Below the pieces are notes generated by a model. It was not told where the DNA came from. It saw nothing but the letters and a program-made list of their open reading frames with translations, and made no database searches. Positions 1 through 10,734 of a stretch of 52,885 nt of DNA are shown piece by piece. This stretch comes from an uncultured Pseudomonadales bacterium (GTDB taxonomy: Bacteria; Patescibacteriota; Microgenomatia; UBA1400; UBA1396). Position 1 is the first letter of the stretch. Every line of letters begins with the position of its first letter. A program made the position numbers and the translations under genes. The DNA lies in contig CAZRAG010000003.1 of the NCBI GenBank assembly GCA_964598125.1, positions 1 through 52,885 on the forward strand, read 5' to 3'.

Positions 1-748
1 GAGCCATCTTGCGGTACTTTTCGACTTTCCGTTGAACCGAGCGGGCAGAGAGGCGCATTTTCTCACCATCATCAGTGGGATCGACTCCTTTGGCGTGGCG
101 GATAAATACGGGCGTCCATTCATCCGTTCGCTGACGTAGGTATTGATCCAGCCAGTGAGCCGCCACATCAGAGATAAACACCACTCGTAAACGCCGCCCC
201 TTTCCCATAACCCCAAATTCCTGAGTTTGCAGATTCACCTGCTCTCGGTCCAGACTGACTAATTCTGAGACCCGCAAACCAGTCGAAAACAAGAGTTCGA
301 GCATGGCCCGGTCACGTGAACCTTGAATGGTAGAAACATCTGGCATCTGCATGAGAACATTGACCTGTTCCGGGGTAATAAAGGTCATTTGGCGGGCCGA
401 AACTTTAGGAAGATCGATTTTCTCAGCAGCCAGAACAGGAACATCATTCTTGGTAAGCCATTTTAAAAATGCCCGTAAAGCAATGATGTAGTAGCTCTGT
501 GTGCGAATAGAAAGGTTCTCTCCCTTATCTGTGACAAAACGAGCCAGGTACAAGCGATACTTCTTTAAGACTTCTTGATCAAGCTGCTGAATTTGGTGGA
601 TGCCATGGCCTTTACACCAGGTGGTAAAACGGTTCAGATAAAGGGTATAGTCACGAATGGTCAAGCCGGAAAGGTTTCTTTCCACCTCGAGATGCTCGAG
701 GTATTCCTGGGTTTGTCGTTGAAGGGGGAGAGAGGAAAGTGCGGACAT
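1..748 (-). CDS. Tyrosine recombinase XerC/XerD/XerA family (C-terminus runs off left edge; absent from ORF track)
   Basis: Manual translation from ATG at 748: MSALSSLPLQRQTQEYLEHLEVERNLSGLTIRDY...RDRAMLELLFSTGLRVSELVSL...VMGKGRRLRVVF...LSARSVQRKVEKYRKMA. Shows SAM-like N-domain, catalytic Arg (TGLRVSEL) and Lys (GKG) motifs. Confidence 0.93.
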   Translation of the reverse strand, partial: MSALSSLPLQRQTQEYLEHLEVERNLSGLTIRDYTLYLNRFTTWCKGHGIHQIQQLDQEVLKKYRLYLARFVTDKGENLSIRTQSYYIIALRAFLKWLTKNDVPVLAAEKIDLPKVSARQMTFITPEQVNVLMQMPDVSTIQGSRDRAMLELLFSTGLRVSELVSLDREQVNLQTQEFGVMGKGRRLRVVFISDVAAHWLDQYLRQRTDEWTPVFIRHAKGVDPTDDGEKMRLSARSVQRKVEKYRKMA

Positions 749-765
749 ATGTGGATAACTCTCTC

Positions 766-778
766 ATTGTGCGACATA
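766..778. repeat. Xer half-site-like 13-mer ATTGTGCGACATA, copy 1
   Basis: Identical to 802-814; exact reverse complement of 1716-1728 (left arm of dif-like site); lies in the xer promoter region. Confidence 0.75.
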
Positions 779-801
779 CCATCAACGACTGTCAACTCGC
801 G

Positions 802-814
802 ATTGTGCGACATA
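802..814. repeat. Xer half-site-like 13-mer ATTGTGCGACATA, copy 2
   Basis: 13/13 direct repeat of 766-778, offset 36 bp. Confidence 0.75.
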
Positions 815-886
815 GGTCTTATTGCCGACTAGAAAGGGTGAGAGTATACTTTTGCTTGATACACCAGAAGTTATCGGGAGGATAGT

Positions 887-1273
887 ATGCCAAGTCCGAT
901 GAAAGAGGGAACATCTCCCCTGCTGACAACACCAATCGCTGAAGGACAGCGATACCAGCCAATGGAAACACTCCGACAGGCAATCGCTTATTATCTCGGT
1001 CTGTGGTCCGACATCACCGAACCCAACATCAACCCGAGTATTCGACAACAATCTCAAGGACTTATTCGCTTGCATGCCACTCAAATCGGCCGGATTCTAG
1101 CCAAGATGGAGGCGAATCACATAGGAAGCATGGAAAGTGTACTGACCTTCAGAAAAATATATGCCTATGCCGTAGCATTGTCCCGAGAAGCTGGTCTGGA
1201 TCAAGCCACCCAACACCAGCCAACCAATATCTATACGTCGCAAGTATATGGCCGAAGAGTTCGCAATCGTTGA
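887..1273 (+). CDS. Hypothetical protein (128 aa)
   Basis: GGGAGG Shine-Dalgarno 5 nt before ATG; no recognisable motif. Confidence 0.65.
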   Translation: MPSPMKEGTSPLLTTPIAEGQRYQPMETLRQAIAYYLGLWSDITEPNINPSIRQQSQGLIRLHATQIGRILAKMEANHIGSMESVLTFRKIYAYAVALSREAGLDQATQHQPTNIYTSQVYGRRVRNR

Positions 1274-1716
1274 TCTTTTCTTCCCATTCTTTTCTGATTC
1301 TTTGATTTCACCAAACCACCATCATAACCAACATAAACTTGTGAGCGTTTGACGACAATCAAAACCGGAATTTTTTGGGAAGTTGAGTGAGTAACGAGTC
1401 AAAATACCAGCTTAGCCAGGAAAAAGGCTTTGCTACCAGATACAAGCCCTTCTAAGGCCTCATTTTCGGCTTTTTCTGGCAAAAACGAGCAGTAGGTCAT
1501 ATACAAAGTCGATCAAAATAGATGAAAATAGACTATTTGGGCCATTTTCGGAAATATTTTCGGGTTTATCTACAAATTTGAAAAATGAAGTTGCGACCAT
1601 CTGTGGGGGAGCAAGTACCTGTTAGAAATAATGGGAAATAAAAGAAGAGAACAATGTCCGTGATTTTTTTGAATAGCAAAATAGCGAGCAGAGGCCCTCT
1701 CTGCCACATCTTTACT

Positions 1717-1744
1717 ATGTCGCACAATATACATTTTGCGACTT
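1717..1744. other. Candidate dif (Xer recombination) site
   Basis: ATGTCGCACAA-TATACA-TTTTGCGACTT: 11-6-11 layout, arms 9/11 inverted; spacer equals the reverse complement of the E. coli dif spacer TGTATA; in a gene-poor region about 1 kb from the Xer gene. Confidence 0.7.
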
Positions 1745-1850
1745 AATGGCAAGTATTCAGGTGGACAAACCCGAATCTCAGTTTGTGGTATCAACCCGCT
1801 TAAGAGGGTAAAAAACGGCGGTAAATACCAAACAATGAGTACTTATTCCT

Positions 1851-2135
1851 CTAGTATTCCGATTTCTTCTCATTTCTGAGGCATATGAATGAACCACTCT
1901 TATGGTCTCCCAAAACCAACTTGAGGGACTTCTCGAGATTGACCTTCGGGTTTTCTTGGCAAATTCGACCCTTTAGCCTGGTAGATAGCCCAAATATTCT
2001 TGCATATCCCAGAATCTCGGCCCTTGTGTAAGAGGTATGTATGCTTTTCACCAGATGTAGCCCTGGAAAAATTATCATGAAAACTGTCATTGAAACTGAT
2101 CTAACTATATCATTCTCTATCAAAAAGTTTTCCAC
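1851..2135 (-). CDS. Possible small hypothetical protein (94 aa)
   Basis: Only ORF filling this intergenic gap; no motif or clear RBS. Confidence 0.25.
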   Translation of the reverse strand: MENFLIENDIVRSVSMTVFMIIFPGLHLVKSIHTSYTRAEILGYARIFGLSTRLKGRICQENPKVNLEKSLKLVLGDHKSGSFICLRNEKKSEY

Positions 2136-2298
2136 ATTGTTTTCTTCTCTGCCACCAAATGAAACATAATAATAAAATATTATGGGACGTTAACCCTCAG
2201 GTCTCTCCCCCCTTCTCTCTTGAGATGGAATGAAAAAATTTGTCGGTCTATTGTGTTATTGTTCCTTATTTTCCCCTGGAAAAGCGACTTAAAATCTG

Positions 2299-2829
2299 TC
2301 AAACCGACTGCGAAAAGGCAAACAGCATTTCTTCTCGAATCATCTTTTCGGTCAATAACTCGCTGGCTTCCTTCTTTGAGAACCAACCAATTCCATCTGT
2401 TTCCTCGACATTTTGTGTGTACGTATTATCACCCACTATTTGCATAAGATAGGACATGCCAAAATGCATTTCACAGCCTTTGCTCCAGTGTTTCTTGGCA
2501 TATTGTGTAAGTGTGGACCCATGTACCCGGTGTTCGTAATTATCCTGACAGACCCAGTGCAAATTCATGTGAAATGGAGCGGGTACGGTTTCTCTGCTTG
2601 AATCATTAATCTGTAACCCAGACGAAATTGCTTGAGCTTTGATTCCGGTTTCTTCGAGAAACTCGCGTTCAACGGCTTGATGTGGTAACTCATTCTCTTC
2701 GATATGTCCGCCTGGACAGAGCCAGATGCCAGCTTTCTTATGCTTAATAAGTAAAATCTTATTGTCATGAATCAAAAAACCAGTGATGGTATAACAAATT
2801 TTCGCATTGTAGGATTGGAGATCGGCCAT
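2299..2829 (-). CDS. NUDIX hydrolase
   Basis: Nudix box PGGHIEENELPHQAVEREFLEETG; extended -10 TGcTATACT 10 nt upstream. Confidence 0.9.
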   Translation of the reverse strand: MADLQSYNAKICYTITGFLIHDNKILLIKHKKAGIWLCPGGHIEENELPHQAVEREFLEETGIKAQAISSGLQINDSSRETVPAPFHMNLHWVCQDNYEHRVHGSTLTQYAKKHWSKGCEMHFGMSYLMQIVGDNTYTQNVEETDGIGWFSKKEASELLTEKMIREEMLFAFSQSV

Positions 2830-2868
2830 ACTTCGCTCAAGTATAGCAAACCGCCTGGGAGAACAAGG

Positions 2869-3672
2869 CTACTTCCAGGGCAAAACCACAAAAAATACGA
2901 TTACCACCCCAATAAATACGGCGGCATACTCACGAACGGTGTTGGTGAACATTTTCTCTTCCAGAACAGATTGGCTGAGTCCCAGAACAGTGTACATGGC
3001 TGTCATAAGCAGTAAAGAAATTGGCCAGAGGTGACCAGGGAAAAATGACACAATCGCCGCTAAGAGACCGATAGTCGTCCCCGTTCGAACCGTAAGGGCA
3101 ATGACTTCTCGACTGAGCCGTTTTTCCAGACGAATGGACCAATAAAAGGAAAAACTGAGAAGCATGGCGATGAGACCACAAGCTAATCCATTCCAAAAAA
3201 ACATGAGTCCCAAAGAAAAAACCGTGTTAAACGCTAACAAAGCGGCGATTAAACAAAAGAAAAAAAGCGCTGCCTGAGCTGCCTTGAGTAATTGGATGGA
3301 ACGGACCTTGGCAATGGTAAAGATATTCCCTGCCAGGAATAAGGCATACATCCCAAGTCCAAAAAGTCCCAAGATAAAGGCCCGCGCAAGCCAGCTTTCT
3401 GGCAAGAGAAAATAAAACGCGGCCACAGAAAGTCCATAAAAGGAAGGAAGCGGCACAATGGTTAACCACTCTACCCCATCAAGATTATCAAACATGGACC
3501 AGCCAGCTAAAAGGTACGCTAGAAAAGCGAAGAGAAATAAACTCATTGGTCGCCATTGCAAAGGTACGAGCTGCGTTCCAACAAGTCCAAGTGCCAGGAT
3601 GAATGAAACTAAGATGAATTTTTGTCGTCTACGCATAAGATCAGGAGAATTTCTTTTTTTGAGACACACCAC
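2869..3672 (-). CDS. Polytopic membrane protein, unknown function
   Basis: About 8 hydrophobic helices after a basic N-terminus. Confidence 0.8.
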   Translation of the reverse strand: MVCLKKRNSPDLMRRRQKFILVSFILALGLVGTQLVPLQWRPMSLFLFAFLAYLLAGWSMFDNLDGVEWLTIVPLPSFYGLSVAAFYFLLPESWLARAFILGLFGLGMYALFLAGNIFTIAKVRSIQLLKAAQAALFFFCLIAALLAFNTVFSLGLMFFWNGLACGLIAMLLSFSFYWSIRLEKRLSREVIALTVRTGTTIGLLAAIVSFFPGHLWPISLLLMTAMYTVLGLSQSVLEEKMFTNTVREYAAVFIGVVIVFFVVLPWK

Positions 3673-3771
3673 AAGGTCTCAAAAAATGAAATCTCCCTCC
3701 TCTCTTTGTTTATTGATGTATTCTATTCGTTTTTCGTGTGGCGGTGCAATCGATCTTGGCCGACTGTTTTA

Positions 3772-4323
3772 TTACTCTGCCAACTGGGCGTTGGTGTAGA
3801 CTTCTTCAACATCGTCATCTTCCAAAAAGGTGTCTTTGAGCTCTTCAATTTCATTCAATTGAGTTTCGGAAAGTGGAACAGGAATGGTGGGCACAAACTC
3901 GGTCCCCTCGCGACGAAACATGAACATAACTGATCCTGGTCCACCCAGTGATCCACCACCACGGGAAAAAATGAATTTCATGGTGGCAGAGGTGCGTTGG
4001 GAATTGTCGGTCGCAGCCACCACGAGAAAACCGACCCCATTTGGTCCATATCCTTCGTATACAACTTCTTGAATATTTTGACCGTATTCACCCTGTCCTA
4101 AAGCTCGATCAATAGCACGTTGGATATTCTCTTTAGGCATGTTTACGCTGCGCGCTTTTTCGAGAGCAAGACGAAGTGAGGGGTTCGTATCTGGATTTCC
4201 ATCATGCGTTTGCTTAACGGCAATGCGGATCAGGCGCACCACCTCAAAAAAGGATTTCGACTTCTTTTGGTCTTGTGCAGCTTTGCGGTTCTTGATATTG
4301 TTCCACTTGCTATGTCCCGACAT
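3772..4323 (-). CDS. yebC: YebC/PmpR family protein (short form)
   Basis: MSGHSKWNNIKNRK, NPSLRLALEKARSVNMPKENIQRAI, YEGYGPNGV, TDNSQRT; middle domain missing. Confidence 0.93.
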   Translation of the reverse strand: MSGHSKWNNIKNRKAAQDQKKSKSFFEVVRLIRIAVKQTHDGNPDTNPSLRLALEKARSVNMPKENIQRAIDRALGQGEYGQNIQEVVYEGYGPNGVGFLVVAATDNSQRTSATMKFIFSRGGGSLGGPGSVMFMFRREGTEFVPTIPVPLSETQLNEIEELKDTFLEDDDVEEVYTNAQLAE

Positions 4324-4363
4324 ACCGGTATGATATCACTCGAAACCAAAGGATTTACACGTT

Positions 4364-5149
4364 ATGAGTAAAATTTTTACACTCCAGACTAGAGCTATTA
4401 AAGCTGCTCAAGAAGAGCGCTGGGATGATGCCATACTCCTTAATGAAGAACTCTTAACCATTGATCCTCGTAACATTGGAGCTTTTAACCGTATTGGCTT
4501 TGCGTATCTGCAAAAGCAAAATCACGGTTCGGCAGAAAAGGCCTATCAAGAGGTACTGGATATTGATAATTCCAATTCGGTCGCCAGAAAATATCTGGAA
4601 GTTATCCGTAAAAAACAACCAGTTCGACTCCCCAAAGCTCTTCGTCATTCGGATTTCGTTGATGAGCCCGGAAAGACAAAATCAACAAGCCTTTGTCGAT
4701 TAGCTGACGCCGATGTTATCAACAACTTAAGCGTTGGCATGGATTGTGAACTAAAGTGCGCCAAAACGAGAATCAGCGTCCACTGTGATGGAAAGTATAT
4801 TGGTTCTCTTCCTGATGATCTGACTGCCCGATTACGCCAATTAATGGAGGCTGGCAATGTCTACACCGTCAAAATTCAATCGCTCAAAAATAACAACGTA
4901 GTTGTTTTTATCCGAGAGCGCAGTCGCGCTGAGACGGTTGCCCACGTTGCCTCTTTCCCCAGCGAATCAGGTGGAATCCTTACTCTAGATGCCTCTGATA
5001 TCTCTCGAGAGGATGAGGAACCAGTTTACATGGGTGAAACCGGCGATGATGAAGGTGAGAACGAACTTGACAGCGAAACCATAGAAGAAGCCTTGAAAAA
5101 TTCTTTCGACACTGATGATGAGGAAGAAGAAACCATCGACGACGACTAA
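4364..5149 (+). CDS. TPR-repeat protein with central beta domain (HIRAN-like) and acidic tail
   Basis: N-terminal TPR helices (WDDAILLNEELL, AFNRIGFAYL, AEKAYQEVL); IGSLP...RLRQLM segment; D/E-rich C-terminus. Confidence 0.75.
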   Translation: MSKIFTLQTRAIKAAQEERWDDAILLNEELLTIDPRNIGAFNRIGFAYLQKQNHGSAEKAYQEVLDIDNSNSVARKYLEVIRKKQPVRLPKALRHSDFVDEPGKTKSTSLCRLADADVINNLSVGMDCELKCAKTRISVHCDGKYIGSLPDDLTARLRQLMEAGNVYTVKIQSLKNNNVVVFIRERSRAETVAHVASFPSESGGILTLDASDISREDEEPVYMGETGDDEGENELDSETIEEALKNSFDTDDEEEETIDDD

Positions 5150-5179
5150 TATTTGCTTCCCTTCCTGTCTCTAAAATGA

Positions 5180-6127
5180 TTATTTTTTCTTGAAGTATTG
5201 GGCTTGATCAGACCCAACACGTAACACGGCGTTGGTGCGCTTTTCCTCAACCAGAGCTTGGTCACGTTTGGTAGTGAAGAAGGAAAAAACAGACTCTAAT
5301 CTTTGCCCTGACCAGGGCGTTGTACCTTTTTCTAACAAAACAGCTGATCTTTCTAAGCCATCGATGGTTTCCAACCCCCGAACATAAAAACCCATCAAGC
5401 CAAGCATTCGACCAATTCTATGGGCATAACCGTCAACTCCAGTCCCATTTTGTACTACTAAAGAATAATCGCTCCCTCGAATCGAAGCGTCCTGGAGGTA
5501 AAGTTCTGCCCAACGATCATAGCGAGGCTCGTCGAGACGATTTGCGTCAGTGAGGTATTGATGAATATCAACAAGTTCAAACTGATAAGAAGGAACACGC
5601 TGTAGCCAACCCCACCACTTAAAACGGTCCCAAAACACCATTGTGCTTGGTTGGTTATTTACTAAAGCAAAAAACGCTAATTTCCTTACCTTAGAAAGGC
5701 TACTGAGCTCTGCTTCTTGAGTCCAGACAATACCGTCAATCGCTACCCCATATTCCAAAGAAATCGCATACGTCAGAAATTCCCAACGTAAGTTTTCGAG
5801 CTGGGTTAACCCGACCAGGGCATCACTGGTGTAATTGCCATAGTCAAGCGGTGTCTGGATGACCTGCTGTGGAGGTAAAGGTAAGACCTGAACTTTATTT
5901 TCCGTTTTCACCACTACCAGGGATAATGGTTGACGTACTTCATCCTTCACCTGATGAACAACCAAAACGGCACGCTGATGATCCCCACGCCACTGACGTT
6001 CTCGAAAAAGCAAAAAACCCGTCAAGACAGTGGAAAGAAAAAAAATCAGGCCAAAAACCCTCCAGACTGACTGCTGGTTTTCTGCCGGAGTTGAACCCCG
6101 TGGCTGTCGGCGACGACGAATATTCAT
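5180..6127 (-). CDS. Membrane-anchored LytR C-terminal-domain protein
   Basis: Single N-terminal TM helix; LVVQNGTGVDGYAHRIGRMLGLMGF and LRVGSD match LytR_C. Confidence 0.7.
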   Translation of the reverse strand: MNIRRRRQPRGSTPAENQQSVWRVFGLIFFLSTVLTGFLLFRERQWRGDHQRAVLVVHQVKDEVRQPLSLVVVKTENKVQVLPLPPQQVIQTPLDYGNYTSDALVGLTQLENLRWEFLTYAISLEYGVAIDGIVWTQEAELSSLSKVRKLAFFALVNNQPSTMVFWDRFKWWGWLQRVPSYQFELVDIHQYLTDANRLDEPRYDRWAELYLQDASIRGSDYSLVVQNGTGVDGYAHRIGRMLGLMGFYVRGLETIDGLERSAVLLEKGTTPWSGQRLESVFSFFTTKRDQALVEEKRTNAVLRVGSDQAQYFKKK

Positions 6128-6152
6128 GAATTGGTATATCTATCTTAACCCG

Positions 6153-7397
<1,245 letters not shown>

Positions 7398-7453
7398 TCA
7401 GTTCAAAAAGCAATTGTCAGCGAGACTTGATTCTGCTTGGTATACTCTTGGAC

Positions 7454-8542
7454 ATGCAACTGAGTGATTTTGATTATACCCTGCCACCTGAGAAAATTGC
7501 TCAGGTTCCGGCCGAGCCACGCGACCACAGTCGACTTCTTCGCCTAGATCGAACAGCTGAAACGATTACCCACCATCATTTTTACGACCTTCCAAAATTT
7601 CTACGTAAGGGTGATGTGCTGGTACTAAATGACACAAAAGTTCTTCCTGTTCGACTGTTTGGCAAAAAAACCACTGGTGGTAAGGTCGAGATCCTTCTCA
7701 CCAAAAAACTCTCAGGCACGGGCCAAACCGAAACTTGGGAAGCACTCACAAGGCCAGGTCTAAAAATTGGCCAAACAGTCGAAGTTCGCAACAGCCAGGC
7801 AGGTCTTGTCATTACTTGTCAGGAATTGACCGAATTCACCAGACAAGTTGCGGTTCAAGCCCAATCTGGCGATGTGCTCAATGCTCTCTATCATCTGGGA
7901 GAAATGCCGACTCCTCCCTACATCAAAAACTTTGTGGGTGACCCCAATCGTTATCAGACGATCTTTGCGAAAAATCCTGGTTCGGCGGCGGCGCCAACGG
8001 CTGGTCTTCACTTCACCCCACAACTCTTGCAAGCTCTTCGAGAGCAAGGCGTGCAAATCGCCTCAGTGACTCTCAACGTGGGTCTGGGAACATTTCTTCA
8101 TGTCACCACTCCGGATATCACTAAACACCACATGCACTCGGAGAAATTCTCCGTTTCCCCCCAAGCAGCCGAACTGGTAAACACCGCTCTTCGCGAAAAG
8201 CGCCGAATCATTGCGGTTGGTACCACTTCTTTACGTACTTTAGAGGCCAGCGCCATTGAGGACTCATCATACCCAAATGGCTGGCGACTTCATCCACAGA
8301 GCACAGAAACTGAGCTCTTTTTGTACCCACCTTATGAGTACAAAATTGTTTCCGGTCTCATCACGAATTTTCACCTGCCAAAGTCAACGCTCCTCATGCT
8401 TGTGAGTGCTCTGACCAGTTCTCCTCAAACAAGACATGAGTTTGAAACTTTTTCAACAAATATTTTAGGTAAGGCATATCAACAGGCAATTGATAACGAC
8501 TATCGATTCTTTAGCTTTGGCGATGCCATGCTCATTGAATAA
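7454..8542 (+). CDS. queA: S-adenosylmethionine:tRNA ribosyltransferase-isomerase
   Basis: FDYTLP, NDTKV, PTPPYI, YQTIFA, GSAAAPTAGLHFT, TNFHLPKSTL, YRFFSFGDAM. Start moved to ATG 7454 (TGgTATACT 7 nt upstream). Confidence 0.96.
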   Translation: MQLSDFDYTLPPEKIAQVPAEPRDHSRLLRLDRTAETITHHHFYDLPKFLRKGDVLVLNDTKVLPVRLFGKKTTGGKVEILLTKKLSGTGQTETWEALTRPGLKIGQTVEVRNSQAGLVITCQELTEFTRQVAVQAQSGDVLNALYHLGEMPTPPYIKNFVGDPNRYQTIFAKNPGSAAAPTAGLHFTPQLLQALREQGVQIASVTLNVGLGTFLHVTTPDITKHHMHSEKFSVSPQAAELVNTALREKRRIIAVGTTSLRTLEASAIEDSSYPNGWRLHPQSTETELFLYPPYEYKIVSGLITNFHLPKSTLLMLVSALTSSPQTRHEFETFSTNILGKAYQQAIDNDYRFFSFGDAMLIE

Positions 8543-8586
8543 AGGAAAAACGTTGATATTGAAGATGCTGACTGCCGAAACTATCT

Positions 8587-9492
8587 TTAGTCGGTCAAAA
8601 ACGACAGGGATTTCTCAAGATCTTTTGCAACTGGAGCTTCAAATTCACGAACCGGCCCACCATTTGGGTATGCAAACGAAATTTTCCAGGCATGAAGCCA
8701 TTGACGCTCACACCATAGTTGGTCAATTCGGAACCGCTTCCGACCCACATAACGTTCATCACCAACAATGGGATGGTGCATGAACTGGAGATGCACGCGG
8801 ATCTGGTGGGTTCTGCCCGTCTTTGGCTGGAGTTCAACTAAGGAGAAATCCTGATAAATTCGTGATAATTGATGAATTCCTTTTGTTGATATTCCCTGCT
8901 CTTCTAAGTGCTTTTGCAACTTGGCAATATTCAGGCCAGAAAATTCCCGTTGCACCTGAAAAAAAGTTTTACTTGGCCGACCCTCACTCGAAACACTAAA
9001 TCTCTCCCTATCCTGAGGATGACGCCTAATACCAACCTCAATAATTCCCTTTTTATCTGTAAAATGCTCGTGTGTAAGAGCCAGGTACGTCTTTTGGATA
9101 GTTCTTGCCTGGAATTGCTCCATCATTCCATACATCATTGAAGGATTCTTGGCAAAAAGAATGAGGCCACTCGTATCTTTATCTAACCTATGAATCATTC
9201 CTGACCGTTGAGAAAAAATTTCATCCTCTGCCCTACCCTTTTTCCAGAGAGCATCATTTTCTAGATAGGTATCGATCCAATCCTGGAGCGTTACCTGTTT
9301 AACAGAATTGGCCCGATTAACGACAAGACCGGCAGGCTTATTTATGACCAAAAGATCCTGATCCTCAAAAATTATCCGAGGTTGCTCACCTGGTTCACAA
9401 CACACTCGTGATGGCCTTTTTTCTGACATACTCGTTATTATAAAGGGTTCATGCCTGGACATGTTCCTCATAAATGTACGAGCAAAGTCCAT
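8587..9492 (-). CDS. RluA/RluD family pseudouridine synthase
   Basis: INKPAGLVV, HRLDKDTSGL (catalytic Asp), TGRTHQIRVH, HPIVGD, LHA. Confidence 0.93.
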   Translation of the reverse strand: MDFARTFMRNMSRHEPFIITSMSEKRPSRVCCEPGEQPRIIFEDQDLLVINKPAGLVVNRANSVKQVTLQDWIDTYLENDALWKKGRAEDEIFSQRSGMIHRLDKDTSGLILFAKNPSMMYGMMEQFQARTIQKTYLALTHEHFTDKKGIIEVGIRRHPQDRERFSVSSEGRPSKTFFQVQREFSGLNIAKLQKHLEEQGISTKGIHQLSRIYQDFSLVELQPKTGRTHQIRVHLQFMHHPIVGDERYVGRKRFRIDQLWCERQWLHAWKISFAYPNGGPVREFEAPVAKDLEKSLSFLTD

Positions 9493-9553
9493 ACAATTTT
9501 CTTACCATATTTTTACGTTTGTATCGCGAAAAAAGAATGTACTACCATACATT

Positions 9554-10003
9554 ATGGCCCTTAAATCTGCTGAAGAAACATTTCGTTTTCAACCCAACCT
9601 GGTAAGCACCTCTCTCTATCTAGCAGAGTTTCAGCGGATGTTTCAAAATTTACACGAATATCTTGATCGTCAACGCCAAAATCAGTACTCATTGGCACAA
9701 TACTATCTTGATGCTGCCAGAAAAAAACTGTCACGTAATCCAAGTCAAGCCGAGATTGCCAAACTCCTCTATGAGTGCGTAATAACACACCCTGGTAACG
9801 AATTAGAACCAGCCGTAATCACAATGGAAGTCGCTGAGGCGATCGCGGCTCTTGCCCACGGTAAAAAAGTTTCCCGTTCTTTATCGAGAACTTCGGAGGA
9901 TTTTCTCATTGAAGCCGGAATATTACGGGCGCCACCAGAGGTTATTCAGCCGGCTCGTGTTTCACTTCCTGTTGGAAATGCGATCGGATATCAACTGCGA
10001 TAA
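9554..10003 (+). CDS. Hypothetical helical protein
   Basis: ORF fills gap; start chosen at ATG 9554 to avoid overlap with rluA; 3' end overlaps lspA by 62 nt. Confidence 0.6.
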   Translation: MALKSAEETFRFQPNLVSTSLYLAEFQRMFQNLHEYLDRQRQNQYSLAQYYLDAARKKLSRNPSQAEIAKLLYECVITHPGNELEPAVITMEVAEAIAALAHGKKVSRSLSRTSEDFLIEAGILRAPPEVIQPARVSLPVGNAIGYQLR

Positions 10004-10391
10004 TGGCAATGACGCTCCCAACTATAAGCCAGTCGGCAACATTGTTGTTCATTTGCAGCTTTGGAACGTACCAAATATCCCTGACACCAGAATACATCAC
10101 CCTATCTATCCAATTCGAAAGTGCTGCACCCAGCAAGATGCTGTAAAAAAATCGCATACTGAGTGCAGAATTACCACGCATATGCCAAGCCGCAAAAATG
10201 GATATTGCCACAATAAGCAGCGCAATGACAACAGTTTGTCCCATATTTTGTTCTGACAAGAATGGAAGGGAAAAAGCCACCCCCTGGTTGAATATCCTGG
10301 TTGGGAAGAAAAGTTTTGTGGCTTGATCAAGTGTCAGGGCGATGATGCCTGGTCCAAAGAGGACTGCAACAAATTTTGCTCGCTTATTCAT
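9942..10391 (-). CDS. lspA: Signal peptidase II
   Basis: LDQATK, NQGVAFS, GAALSNWIDRV, GVRD, NNVAD. Confidence 0.9.
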   Translation of the reverse strand: MNKRAKFVAVLFGPGIIALTLDQATKLFFPTRIFNQGVAFSLPFLSEQNMGQTVVIALLIVAISIFAAWHMRGNSALSMRFFYSILLGAALSNWIDRVMYSGVRDIWYVPKLQMNNNVADWLIVGSVIAIIAVDIRSHFQQEVKHEPAE

Positions 10392-10734
10392 CCTGCTTTA
10401 CATTGTGGCGGGCGGTAGGAAAAAGTCTGAGTCGTTCAAAAGGAATAGGCTCTCCAGTCTCTTCATCTAGTCCGTAGGTGCCTTCCTGTATACGCACTAA
10501 AGCAGCCTGAAGGTCAGCAATACTTTCATCTGCAGCACTTTCCAAAACCTGGTTCTCTAAGATTCCGTAATCTTCGAGTGCTTCATCTCCAGCCTCGGCA
10601 TTATCGTTAACACGGTTTTCATCACTTGTTGGGTCTGTTTCTTCCAAATTTTCGGCATAGCCAAGCATTTTGGAAAGATTTTTTTCAAGGAGTGTTTTAA
10701 GCTCCTGGAGCTGAGCTGATGAAAGGTGGTTCAT
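10384..10734 (-). CDS. DksA/TraR family protein lacking the C4 zinc finger cysteines
   Basis: Acidic coiled coil; ALVRIQEGTYGLDEETGEPIPFERLRLFPTA matches the DksA C-terminal fold with DEET/HNVK in place of CxxC pairs. Confidence 0.85.
   Translation of the reverse strand: MNHLSSAQLQELKTLLEKNLSKMLGYAENLEETDPTSDENRVNDNAEAGDEALEDYGILENQVLESAADESIADLQAALVRIQEGTYGLDEETGEPIPFERLRLFPTARHNVKQDE

Noticed and set aside
750-758. Perfect DnaA box (TTATCCACA on minus strand) abutting the xer start; another at 33575-33583 inside folA
   Set aside because: Isolated boxes, roughly compatible with chance, with no cluster or DUE; the region looks like terminus rather than oriC.
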